Source: Macrostomum lignano (lineage: Eukaryota). From it: 64,000 bases of DNA. The stretch is from assembly GCA_002269645.1 (NCBI GenBank), contig NIVC01000103.1:922397-986396 (forward strand), written 5' to 3'. The notes under the pieces were generated by a model. The model had not been told where the DNA came from and made no database searches. It saw only the letters and a program-made list of their open reading frames with translations. Position 1 is the first letter of the stretch. The number at the start of each line of letters is the position of its first letter. Shown here piece after piece: positions 51,934 to 64,000 of this stretch. Position numbers and translations under genes: made by a program.

Positions 51934-53559
51934 CGCCTCTGAAGAATTTTTGCCTCTGGTGCAAGTCTTGGAATTTAATTTCTGCTTCCGAAATTTTATG
52001 ACTTTGTCTTCTGCTTTTCTCACGTTGAATAACGCTTGAGCTTTGACTGGGCGGCTCAGAGCTAAAAATACATGGAAATATTTTCAATCATGTGGCAAAC
52101 TGGCCAAGTTCGACTTTAAAATGCGCATCTACTTTGTAGCTCTTTTCTCTCCACTGTCTCCCTCTCCTCCCCTAGTGTCTCCCTCTCCTCCCCCAGCTCC
52201 CAGTGTCTCTTCTCCTCCCCCAGTGCATGTCTCTTCTCCTACCCCAGTGCATGTCTCTTCTCCTCCCCCAGCTCCCAGTGTCTCTTCTCCTCCCCCAGTG
52301 CATGTCTCTTCTCCTCCCCCAGTGCATGTCTCTTCTCCTCCCCCAGTGCATGTCTCTTCTCCTCCCCCAGCTCCCAGTGTCTCTTCTCCTCCCCCAGTGC
52401 ATGTCTCTTCTCCTCCCCCAGTGCATGTCTCTTCTCCTCCCCCAGCTCCCAGTGTCTCTTCTCCTCCCCCAGTGCATGTCTCTTCTCCTCCCCCAGTGCA
52501 TGTCTCTTCTCCTCCCCCAGTGCATGTCTCTTCTCCTCCCCCAGTGCATGTCTCTTCTCCTCCCCCAGTGCATGTCTCTTCTCCTCCCCCAGTGTCGGTA
52601 TGAGTAGGCCGGCAATTTGACTGCCACAGATCAAGTGCATGCAATAAAAAGCAGTCAAAAGTCTAGTCTGGCCTCACACCTTCTCCTGCACAGCCTCACA
52701 CTGCTCCCTGCACAGCCTCACACTGCTCCCTGCACAGCCTCACATCTGCTCCCTGCACAGCCTCACACTGCTCCCTGCACAGCCTCACACTGCTCCCTGC
52801 ACAGCCTCACACTGCTCCCTGCACAGCCTCATACTGCTCCCTGTACAGCCTCTCACTGCTCCCTGCACAGCCTCACAAAGAAATGCCACAGGCAAAAACT
52901 CGCACCATCTGCCACTGCAACTCGAAGTCAGCACAGGTTCATTCAGGACCCGCAGAGCCGCTCCAACCGAATGCAGCAAAACTTGGGCTGCTCAATCCAA
53001 AGTGCAGCGCAGTGCCCTCAACTCACAGCTCCTCAGCAGATGCCCAGCACCGCAGCTCAGCAACTGAACCATCCGACTTGGCAAGCGTCAGCTGTGCGTG
53101 TTGATGCAGATGGACTCGAGAGTGCTGCATGCCAGATCGCTCCTGTGCACCGCTGGCATGGCGATAGCAATCTTCACAATGGCCAGTGACGGGCTGAACT
53201 GCGCTGGATAAACAGCTGCGATTCTTATCAGGCTGCAGCTCAGTCGGAAATGCACGTTGCTGCTGATGTCATGTGATGTGTCATGTGATATTGCCGGCCT
53301 CCGCGCAGCCAAAGGCGGCAAGCTAGCAGTTACAGATGAATGTTTATCTTAGCCTCTGCACCTCTGACAGCCACTGCTTAAATGCCAGGGCAGCCATCTG
53401 CTGTGCAGCCCGCGAATGTTGCGGATTCTGCGGTGCGGAGTCTGACGGACCGCCCTGCACTGCTGCCGCCTGAAGCCCCGCCTTCGAGCACCGGTGAGTC
53501 TCTCGCGGCCCAGCAACTCTGCGATTTATTTGAGGGTTGGTGTGTGGTTTCTGACCTGC

Positions 53560-53825
53560 ATGCACCCCAATATGCACCCCAATACACCTGCACATACCCC
53601 AATACATCTGCACATAACCGAATACACCTGCACATACCCCAATACACCTGCACATACCCCAATACATCTGCACATAACCGAATACACCTGCACATACCCC
53701 AATACATCTGCACATAACCGAATACACCTTCATGCACCCCAATACACCTGCACATACCCGAATACACCTGCACATACCCAAATACGCCTACATGTACCCC
53801 AATACAGCTGCACATAACCCAGAAC
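53560..53825. repeat. 20-bp minisatellite (AATACACCTGCACATACCCC)
   Basis: About 13 variant copies. Confidence 0.9.
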
Positions 53826-55231
53826 CGCATCAGCCCCAATGACAATCTGCAGTACCTGTGCCTCTCTTACTGCATCCGCACCAAGCCGCAGGCGGTCCAA
53901 CTACAGCCGAAGCCTCAAAACGTTTCGCCAACCCCAGTTGATAAAAATCTCAGTGGTTGAAGCAGGCACGGACTACTTAAGTAGAAGGACGTAACACTCT
54001 AAAATGGTGCAAATTTTTTTGAAGGCCGATTTTTCAAACTGCTGCCATTTTTTTTTCTTTGCAGATAAAGAGCTGATTCTTTCACCAGGTTGTCCAGAAT
54101 TTATTCCAGTTTTATATAAAATATTAGTTTGTAGCTTTAAAAGCATTTTTGCGGAATAAAAGTACAGTAGAGTACATGTATCCCTAGAAATTCCAAAAGC
54201 TACGAAGCTAGGACACTATGAAGATGATCCTACTGCTCTTTAAAAGTTACTCAAGATGACTAATTACTCAGAACTAGGCATACATTCATTCTCTACACAG
54301 TAACAAAAAAACAACGCAAAGACAATCGCATCCTGCAGACCTGCTGTAGGAAGCTGTAGCGAAAAGTTTTGTATAAAACTTGAAAGAAATAAACCTAGAG
54401 AATAATAAGTGATTTGTATTTACAAACTACAATAAACATGTAAATAATAATTTCAAAAATGCAAAACGAAAACTTCTAAAACTTTACAAAAACTGTAAAG
54501 CACAAGCTAAACGATCTCTACTACAAGCAATAAAGCACAAAATGCAGCTGGCTAATTGCAGCCTGCGATCCTGTACTGAAAAACTGAAAATTCTAAATTG
54601 TCAATACTTAAAAACCATCTTTCGCTCAATAAATAAAAAAGATATGTTTTCTATGCTACATAGTCGAAGTATTATGCAAAACAAACTCCTAAAACGCACA
54701 ACAGAGAAAAACAGCACAAAGAAACAACCTAGCTCACACGAACAAAGGAAGGACATAAAGGCCTTGATCTTAAACTAGAAAACACGGAATAGAAATATCA
54801 AAAACGCTTAAAAATATAACAAAATACTAGCGATGTAAGGACCATTTTTGCCACAAGAAAACTGGAAAATGTTGCGAAGGTATTAACTAGTAAAATAGCA
54901 CCACAATCTAAATTTGTAACCACAAATACCAGGCTGCTTCCATAAATATTCATCTGAATCCTGGTCTTGTCATTCCTAGAATTCTGATCCAAACATCTTA
55001 TTCTCGATCACCTTAACTAAATAACGTAACTAAAGAAACTGGTTGTAGCGCAGAAACAATAAACTTTAAGCAATTTCAGCGCAATACACTTTAACTGCGC
55101 GGGAGTGCTAAAATACATGTAGCGCTACAGTGGCAATTATGGCACTGATAAGCATTGCTGGGGCAGGTAGTAAGCAAACAGGTTGAAAATTTCAGCAAAA
55201 TCTGAATTTTAGACTGCCTGACCGTGCAGAC

Positions 55232-55708
55232 AGCACCGGTGACTGACAGCTGCTACTCTGACAGCAGACAGGAGAAGCACCGGTGACTGATAGCTGCTAC
55301 TCTGACAGCAGACAGGAGAAGCACCGGTGACTGACAGCTGCTACTCTGACAGCAGACAGGAGAAGCACCGGTGACTGACAGCTGCTGCTCTGACAGCAGA
55401 CAGGAGAAGCACCGGTGACTGACAGCTGCTACTCTGACAGCAGACAGGAGAAGCACCGGTGACTGACAGCTGCTACTCTGACAGCAGACAGGAGAAGCAC
55501 CGGTGACTGACAGCTGCTGCTCTGACAGCAGACAGGAGAAGCACCGGTGACTGACAGCTGCTACTCTGACAGCAGACAGGAGAAGCACCGGTGACTGACA
55601 GCTGCTACTCTGACAGCAGACAGGAGAAGCACCGGTGACTGACAGCTGCTACTCTGACAGCAGACAGGAGAAGCACCGGTGACTGATAGCTGCTACTCTG
55701 ACAGCAGC
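55232..55708. repeat. 44-bp minisatellite (GCACCGGTGACTGACAGCTGCTACTCTGACAGCAGACAGGAGAA), ~11 copies
   Basis: Period 44 (55277, 55321, ...). Confidence 0.95.
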
Positions 55709-55876
55709 CAAAGATCACAGGTAAGATTCATAGTCACTTTAAAATTTATTTAAAAATTCTTCAGCTGCATTTCTGCTCCCTCCTCTCCTTCTCCCTCCCG
55801 CCCTCCCTCTCCCTTCCCCTCTTTCGCACAGGCAATAACATGAAGCGTACAGGACTACATGGCAACGTGAGCAAAA

Positions 55877-56337
55877 TTGGGAGCAAAGTGAAGGTAATTC
55901 TGTTCAATTCTCAACGTCCTTACTACTAACAAAGCTAGTAGGTGTGCTCTATAAAAAGTAAACCCTTTCAAGCCCGAATATGACAAAATTAATTTCAAAT
56001 GTGGCATTTTTCTGTGGCTTGGGTGTGAGCTTTAGAGTAATAAAAATAGCTGTTTAAGGTGATAGCATCAAAACATCAAAACAAAAAGTGGTAAAAGTAA
56101 GCGAAATGTGGCAACGATTGAATATCTGTCTGACCCAAAGTCGGGAAAAGCATGCCGCACACAAGAATCTTAGAGACTGAGCGACGAAGGCTCAAGCATC
56201 TACAGAATATAGCGGTACCCCATTTCGCTTACTTTTACCACTTTTGGTTCAAACTAGACTATTTTTCTTAAAAATTTCTACGCCGCCTGTAGTTGCTGCT
56301 CTCAACTAGGACAGAATTACCTTCACTTTGCTCCCAA
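55877..56337. other. Nested inverted repeats (27-bp outer pair, 25-bp inner pair)
   Basis: 55877-55903 and 56311-56337 are a perfect inverted pair; 56084-56108 and 56221-56245 are a perfect inverted pair. Confidence 0.8.
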
Positions 56338-57394
56338 CTAGGATAGAATTACCTTCACTTTGCTACCAACTAGATTGAAGGTGTGCCACCTTAGCAGGTC
56401 GAAGTGCATTAATTGCTCAATATTTCGAAATTATTTTTGATTTCTTTGAGTACAGTTTTGCAACACATAAAACCCTAAAAATGTTAAACTATTGTAAACT
56501 ACTTAGATGCTACGTATTTTAGTTACATATGTCCTATGTGACTAATTAATTATAATTTACCATTCATTAATTTTTTAATCACAAAGTTCTATTAAATAGA
56601 CTCAAAAAATCAAACTGAGACACATGAATTAACATCATATACTAAGGTCCAAGAAATAATACTCATAATAAATATCTTGGACATTTGGACTTACGAAAAA
56701 TAATCTTGCAATTAACAACGAAATTAGTTAAAAAAAATTTTCGCCGCTCCGATTCTGTTCACTGTAATTTGAAATGAGATTTTCCTAGAAATTCAGCATT
56801 TCAAATGTACAGTTTAACGCCCACAGGTACGTGAAACCACCGGATGCGACTTTGCAGTGAAATGCTTTGCCATTTGATACAAGTTACCCAACATTAGGTA
56901 GCCTGATCATTTAGCTAAATCCATAATTAGGCACAGCAGCTTTCAAAACTCCGAAAAAACGAATTAATCAATAAATATGTAAACTATTATATGAGAAAAA
57001 TACTGCCGTGTCTAAAACAAAAAGCGTCGAGCATTTAACTAACCTCACACAGTGCAATGAGAATTAAAAACAAAGATATTTTTATGGAAACTTTACACCA
57101 TTTTTTACACTGTAAATTTTTTTACACTGTGAAAGGTTAATCAATGCTACTCACACTTTTAGGGACTTTCACTGCACATTTTGTGGGCGGTGCTGCGCGC
57201 AATAATAGTTTCGCAAATTTGTATCAAAACCGCCAAACGGCAAACATGCGCGCAGTACCCACTCAATAGAGTGTTCGTTTTTGGAAAGAATATTTAAATT
57301 GTAACTCGAGCAGACATTAGCTTTTTAAGTGCTTTGCTTATGAGAATTCAGCAGCCACTGCAACGCAAATTACGCAATTTATCGTAAATAATTG

Positions 57395-60300
57395 GATGGT
57401 TGTTGACTGGACGTATGGTTGTGACTGGATTGTTGCTGACTGGATGGTTGCTGACTGGATGGACGGTTGCTGACTGGATGGTTGCTGACTGGACGTATGG
57501 TTGTGACTGGATTGTTGCTGACTGGAATGGTTGCTGACTGGACGGATGGTTGCTGACTGGATGGTTGCTGACTGGACGTATGGTTGTGACTGGATTGTTG
57601 CTGACTGGATGGTTGCTAACTGGATGGACGGTTGCTCACTGGATGGCTGCTGACTCGATGGCTGCTGACTAGATGGCTGCTGACTGGATGGTTGCTGACT
57701 GGATGTATGGTTGTGACTGGATTGTTGCTGACTGGATTGTTGCTGACTGGATGGACTGTTGTTGACTGGATGGTTGCTGACTGGATGGATGTTTGCTGAC
57801 TGGATGGTTGCTGACTGGATGGTTGCTGACTGGATGGTCGCTGACTGGATGGTTGTTGACTGGATGGGTGCTGACTGGATGGATGGTTGCTGACTGGATG
57901 GATGGTTGCTGACTGGATGGCTGCTGACAGGATGGCTGCTGACTGGATGGTTGCTGACTGGACGGTTGCTGACTCGATGGATGGTTGCTGACTAGATGGT
58001 TGCTGCCTGGATGGTTTCCGACTGGATGGATGTTTGCTGACTGGATGGTTGCTGACTGGACGGATGGTTGTGACTGGATTGTTGCTGACTGGATGGACGG
58101 TTGCTGACTGGATGGTTGCTGACTGGATGGTTGCTGACTGGATTGTTCCTGACTGGATTGTTGCTGACTGGACGGACGGTTGCTGACTGGATGGTTGCTG
58201 ACTGGATGTATGGTTGTGACTGGATTGTTGCTGACTGGATTGTTGCTGACTGGATGGACGGTTGCTGACTGGATGGTTGCTGACTGGATGTATGGTTGTG
58301 ACTGGATTGTTGCTGACTGGATGGATGGTTGCTGACTGGATGGACTGTTGTTGACTGGATGGTTGCTGACTGGATGGATGTTTGCTGACTGGATGGTTGC
58401 TGACTGGATGGTTGCTGACTGGATGGTTGCTGACTGGATGGTCGCTGACTGGATGGTTGTTGACTGGATGGTTGCTGACTGGATGGACGGTTGTTGACTG
58501 GATGGTTGCTGACTGGATGGATGATTGCTGACTGGATGGTTGCTGACTGGACGGTTGCTGACTGGATGGATGGTTGCTGACTGGATAGTTGCTGACTGGA
58601 TGGACGGTTGCTGACTGGATTGTTGCTGACTGGATTGTTGCTGACTGGATGGACGGTTGCTGACTGGATGGTTGCTGACTGGATGTATGGTTGTGACTGG
58701 ATTGTTGCTGACTGGATTGTTGCTGACTGGATTGTTGCTGACTGGATGATTGGTTGCTGACTTGATGGACTGTTGTTGACTGGATGGTTGCTGACTGGAT
58801 GGATGTTTGCTGACTGGATGGTTGCTGACTGGATGGTTGCTGACTGGATGGTCGCTGACTGGATGGTTGTTGACTGGATGGGTGCTGACTGGATGGACGG
58901 TTGCTGACTGGATGGCTGCTGACTGGATGGCTGCTGACAGGATGGCTGCTGACTGGATGGTTGCTGACTGGACGGATGGTTGCTGACTGGATGGTTGCTA
59001 ACTGGATGGACGGTTGCTCACTGGATGGCTGCTGACTCGATGGCTGCTGACTAGATGGCTGCTGACTGGATGGTTGCTGACTGGATGTATGGTTGTGACT
59101 GGATTGTTGCTGACTGGATTGTTGCTGACTGGATGGACTGTTGTTGACTGGATGGTTGCTGACTGGATGGATGTTTGCTGACTGGATGGTTGCTGACTGG
59201 ATGGTTGCTGACTGGATGGTCGCTGACTGGATGGTTGTTGACTGGATGGGTGCTGACTGGATGGATGGTTGCTGACTGGATGAATGTTTGCTGACTGGAT
59301 GGCTGCTGACAGGATGGCTGCTGACAGGATGGTTGCTGACTGGACGGTTGCTGACTCGATGGATGGTTGCTGACTAGATGGTTGCTGCCTGGATGGTTTC
59401 CGACTGGATGGATGTTTGCTGACTGGATGGTTGCTGACTGGACGGATGGTTGTGACTGGATTGTTGCTGACTGGATGGACGGTTGCTGACTGGATGGTTG
59501 CTGACTGGATGGTTGCTGACTGGATTGTTCCTGACTGGATTGTTGCTGACTGGATGGACGGTTGCTGACTGGATGGTTGCTGACTGGATGTATGGTTGTG
59601 ACTGGATTGTTGCTGACTGGATTGTTGCTGACTGGATGGACGGTTGCTGACTGGATGGTTGCTGACTGGATGTATGGTTGTGACTGGATTGTTGCTGACT
59701 GGATGGATGGTTGCTGACTGGATGGACTGTTGTTGACTGGATGGTTGCTGACTGGATGGATGTTTGCTGACTGGATGGTTGCTGACTGGATGGTTGCTGA
59801 CTGGATGGTTGCTGACTGGATGGTCGCTGACTGGATGGTTGTTGACTGGATGGTTGCTGACTGGATGGACGGTTGTTGACTGGATGGTTGCTGACTGGAT
59901 GGATGATTGCTGACTGGATGGTTGCTGACTGGACGGTTGCTGACTGGATGGATGGTTGCTGACTGGATAGTTGCTGACTGGATGGACGGTTGCTGACTGG
60001 ATTGTTGCTGACTGGATTGTTGCTGACTGGATGGACGGTTGCTGACTGGATGGTTGCTGACTGGATGTATGGTTGTGACTGGATTGTTGCTGACTGGATT
60101 GTTGCTGACTGGATTGTTGCTGACTGGATGATTGGTTGCTGACTTGATGGACTGTTGTTGACTGGATGGTTGCTGACTGGATGGATGTTTGCTGACTGGA
60201 TGGTTGCTGACTGGATGGATGTTTGCTGACTGGATGGTTGCTGACTGGATGGTTGCTGACTGGATGGTCGCTGACTGGATGGTTGTTGACTGGATGGGTG

Positions 60301-63300
60301 CTGACTGGATGGATGGTTGCTGACTGGATGAATGTTTGCTGACTGGATGGCTGCTGACAGGATGGCTGCTGACTGGATGGTTGCTGACTGGACGGTTGCT
60401 GACTCGATGGATGGTTGCTGACTAGATGGTTGCTGCCTGGATGGTTTCCGACTGGATGGATGTTTGCTGACTGGATGGTTGCTGACTGGACGGATGGTTG
60501 TGACTGGATTGTTGCTGACTGGATGGACGGTTGCTGACTGGATGGTTGCTGACTGGATGGTTGCTGACTGGATTGTTCCTGACTGGATTGTTGCTGACTG
60601 GATGGACGGTTGCTGACTGGATGGTTGCTGACTGGATGTATGGTTGTGACTGGATTGTTGCTGACTGGATTGTTGCTGACTGGATGGACGGTTGCTGACT
60701 GGATGGTTGCTGACTGGATGTATGGTTGTGACTGGATTGTTGCTGACTGGATGGATGGTTGCTGACTGGATGGACTGTTGCTGACTGGATGGTTGCTGAC
60801 TGGATGGATGTTTGCTGACTGGATGGTTGCTGACTGGATGGTTGCTGACTGGATGGTTGCTGACTGGATGGTCGCTGACTGGATGGTTGTTGACTGGATG
60901 GTTGCTGACTGGATGGACGGTTGTTGACTGGATGGTTGCTGACTGGATGGATGATTGCTGACTGGATGGTTGCTGACTGGACGGTTGCTGACTGGATGGA
61001 TGGTTGCTGACTGGATAGTTGCTGACTGGATGGACGGTTGCTGACTGGATTGTTGCTGACTGGATTGTTGCTGACTGGATGGACGGTTGCTGACTGGATG
61101 GCTGCTGACTGGACGGATGGTTGTGACTGGATTGTTGCTGACTGGATTGTTGCTGACTGGATTGTTGCTGACTGGATGATTGGTTGCTGACTTGATGGAC
61201 TGTTGTTGACTGGATGGTTGCTGACTGGATGGATGTTTGCTGACTGGATGGTTGCTGACTGGATGGTTGCTGACTGGATGGTCGCTGACTGGATGGTTGT
61301 TGACTGGATGGGTGCTGACTGGATGGACGGTTGCTGACTGGATGGCTGCTGACTGGATGGCTGCTGACAGGATGGCTGCTGACTGGATGGTTGCTGACTG
61401 GACGGATGGTTGCTGACTGGATGGTTGCTGACTGGATGTATGGTTGTGACTGGATTGTTGCTGACTGGATGGATGGTTGCTGACTGGATGGACTGTTGTT
61501 GACTGGATGGTTGCTGACTGGATGGATGTTTGCTGACTGGATGGACTGTTGTTGACTGGATGGTTGCTGACTGGATGGTTGCTGACTGGATGGTCGCTGA
61601 CTGGATGGTTGTTGACTGGACGGTTGCTGACTGGATGGATGGTTGCTGACTGGATAGTTGCTGACTGGATGGACGGTTGCTGACTGGATTGTTGCTGACT
61701 GGATTGTTGCTGACTGGATGGACGGTTGCTGACTGGATGGTTGCTGACTGGATGTATGGTTGTGACTGGATTGTTGCTGACTGGATTGTTGCTGACTGGA
61801 TTGTTGCTGACTGGATGATTGGTTGCTGACTTGATGGACTGTTGTTGACTGGATGGTTGCTGACTGGATGGATGTTTGCTGACTGGATGGTTGCTGACTG
61901 GATGGTTGCTGACTGGATGGTCGCTGACTGGATGGTTGTTGACTGGATGGGTGCTGACTGGATGGACGGTTGCTGACTGGATGGCTGCTGACTGGATGGC
62001 TGCTGACAGGATGGCTGCTGACTGGATGGTTGCTGACTGGACGGATGGTTGCTGACTGGATGGTTGCTGACTGGATGTATGGTTGTGACTGGATTGTTGC
62101 TGACTGGATGGATGGTTGCTGACTGGATGGACTGTTGTTGACTGGATGGTTGCTGACTGGATGGATGTTTGCTGACTGGATGGACTGTTGTTGACTGGAT
62201 GGTTGCTGACTGGATGGTTGCTGACTGGATGGTCGCTGACTGGATGGTTGTTGACTGGATGGGTGCTGACTGGATGGACGGTTGCTGACTGGATGGCTGC
62301 TGACTGGATGGCTGCTGACAGGATGGCTGCTGACTGGATGGTTGCTGACTGGACGGATGGTTGTGACTGGATGGTTGCTGACTGGATGGTTGCTGACTGG
62401 ATTGTTGCTGACTGGATGGATGGTTGCTGGACGAATGGTTGCTGACTGGATGGTTGCTGACTGGATGGTTGCTGACTGGATGGTTGCTGATGGATGGATG
62501 GTTGCTGACTGGATGGTTGCTGACTGGATGGTTGCTGACTGGACGTATGGTTGTGACTGGATGGTTGCCGACTGGATGGTCGCTGACTGGACGGATGATT
62601 GCTGACTGGACGGATGGTTGCTGACTGGACGGATGGTTGCTGACTGGATGACTGCTGACTGGATGGTTGTGACTGGATGGTTGCTGACTGGATGATTGCT
62701 GACTGGATTGTTGCTGACTGGATGGCTGCTGACTGGACGGATGCTGACTGGATGGTTGCTGACTGGATGGTTGCTGACTGGATGGATGCTGACTGGACGA
62801 ATGGTTGCTGACTGGATGGATGTTTGCTGACTGGATGGTTGCTGACTGGATTGTTGCTGACTGGATGGATGGTTGCTGGACGAATGGTTGCTGACTGGAT
62901 GGTTGCTGACTGGATGGTTGCTGACTGGATGGTTGCTGAATGGATGGATGGTTGCTGACTGGATGGTTGCTGACTGGATGGTTGCTGACTGGACGTATGG
63001 TTGTGACTGGATGGTTGCCGACTGGATGGTCGCTGACTGGACGGATGATTGCTGACTGGACGGATGGTGCTGACTGGACGGATGGTTGCTGACTGGATGA
63101 CTGCTGACTGGATGGTTGTGACTGGATGGTTGCTGACTGGATGATTGCTGACTGGATTGTTGCTGACTGGATGGACGGTTGCTGACTGGATGGCTGCTGA
63201 CTGGACGGATGCTGACTGGATGGTTGCTGACTGGATGGTTGCTGACTGGATGGATGCTGACTGGACGAATGGTTGCTGACTGATGGATGTTTGCTGACTG

Positions 63301-63385
63301 GATGGTTGCTGACTGGATGGTTGCTGACTGGATTGTTGCTGACTGACGGCTGCTGACTGGACGGATGCTGACTGGATGGATAGTT
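57395..63385. repeat. 6-kb satellite of a 15-bp unit (GGATGGTTGCTGACT) with 19-bp variants and higher-order structure
   Basis: Rare variants recur at fixed offsets: GCTAAC at 57615 and 58997; GGTTTCCGA at 58013, 59395 and 60443. Confidence 0.97.
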
Positions 63386-63409
63386 GCTGACTAAATAGTT
63401 GCCGACTTT

Positions 63410-64000
63410 AGAATAGCAAGTTAGCGGCTATCAGAATTCGCGGATGAGCACATTCTCAGCAAACGCTTTTGCTCATGCAACTGCGTCTGCACTTTTTGTG
63501 CAGAAAAAAGGCTCACGAAATTGTTGTATCGCAATTGATACTCGCAAATCTGCAAATGCACGAACTCTACTCACCGCAGTATAAAATAATCCAGCTGGAA
63601 TAGCTTTCCTGGCGCCTCCTTTGCTAAACGCCACGTACGCTTTTGGAATTGTAAGTCTTGGCTCTTGTGAATCGTACTAGCCCAAGCCAATCGTAGTGGA
63701 AATTGTTGACGCGACAATTGGGCTCCTCCTTTAAACTTTTCATTCGTTACTGACAGAATTGCACTACACGAATTGCACGATTATCTTGTACAATTGCCCC
63801 CATTGCTGGCCAGAATAATTGTCAAATTCAACCAAATACAATCTGGCCAATCCTTTGGTGATTGCTTCCAGGAGCGTAGCAAATTCCTCGTACAGTTCCA
63901 ACTGATCCATTCACAAGTCCATTGCGTACTGACAGATTTCTAGTTAGCATTACTCGAGCACCAATACACAAATAGAGTCGCTTCTCCAGATTCGTATCCG
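63410..64000 (-). mobile_element. Decayed Helitron-type PIF1 helicase C-terminus
   Basis: Broken frames give LYLCIGARVMLTRNLSVRNGLVNGSVGTV, RQQFPLRLAWASTIHKSQ and GLFYTAVSRVR, which are PIF1/Helitron helicase motifs. The element extends beyond the window. Confidence 0.88.

Noticed and set aside
52606-53300. 11-bp inverted repeat AGGCCGGCAAT/ATTGCCGGCCT as MITE TIRs
   Set aside because: No TSD and too short to distinguish from chance.
55232-55708. 44-bp repeats as CRISPR
   Set aside because: Head-to-tail copies without unique spacers.
62188-63055. WMVAD and LLTGW ORFs
   Set aside because: Translation of the 15-bp satellite.

Overview
Repeat-rich eukaryotic (metazoan) genomic DNA with spliceosomal introns. 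The style (GC-rich exons, abundant simple repeats, ankyrin/Mab-21 genes) suggests a flatworm such as Macrostomum, but that is inference only. Four genes can be reconstructed by hand: (1) a two-exon secreted WSC-domain protein (7021-7797, +); (2) a four-exon fusion of about 1,130 aa joining a recently expanded 33-aa ankyrin-like array to a cGAS-like/Mab-21 nucleotidyltransferase (10151-15287, +); (3) an Sp6-9/buttonhead zinc-finger factor (27666-29041+, -); (4) a three-exon RING-finger protein with two tandem Cys-rich motifs (38012-49339, +). The RING gene's 10-kb second intron is a (TGTC)n tract holding a full-length Ty3/gypsy element and a 4.7-kb TIR element with an internal 88-bp higher-order satellite, and its last exon is tandemly duplicated (2.6 kb). 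The first three genes each carry a single 1-nt frameshift. The rest comprises tRNA-derived SINEs, MITEs, a hAT-like composite with nested Bel/Pao and LINE remnants across a 744-N gap, many micro/minisatellites, and a 6-kb 15-mer satellite beside a decayed Helitron PIF1 helicase. There is no evidence for CRISPR, rRNA or intact tRNA genes.
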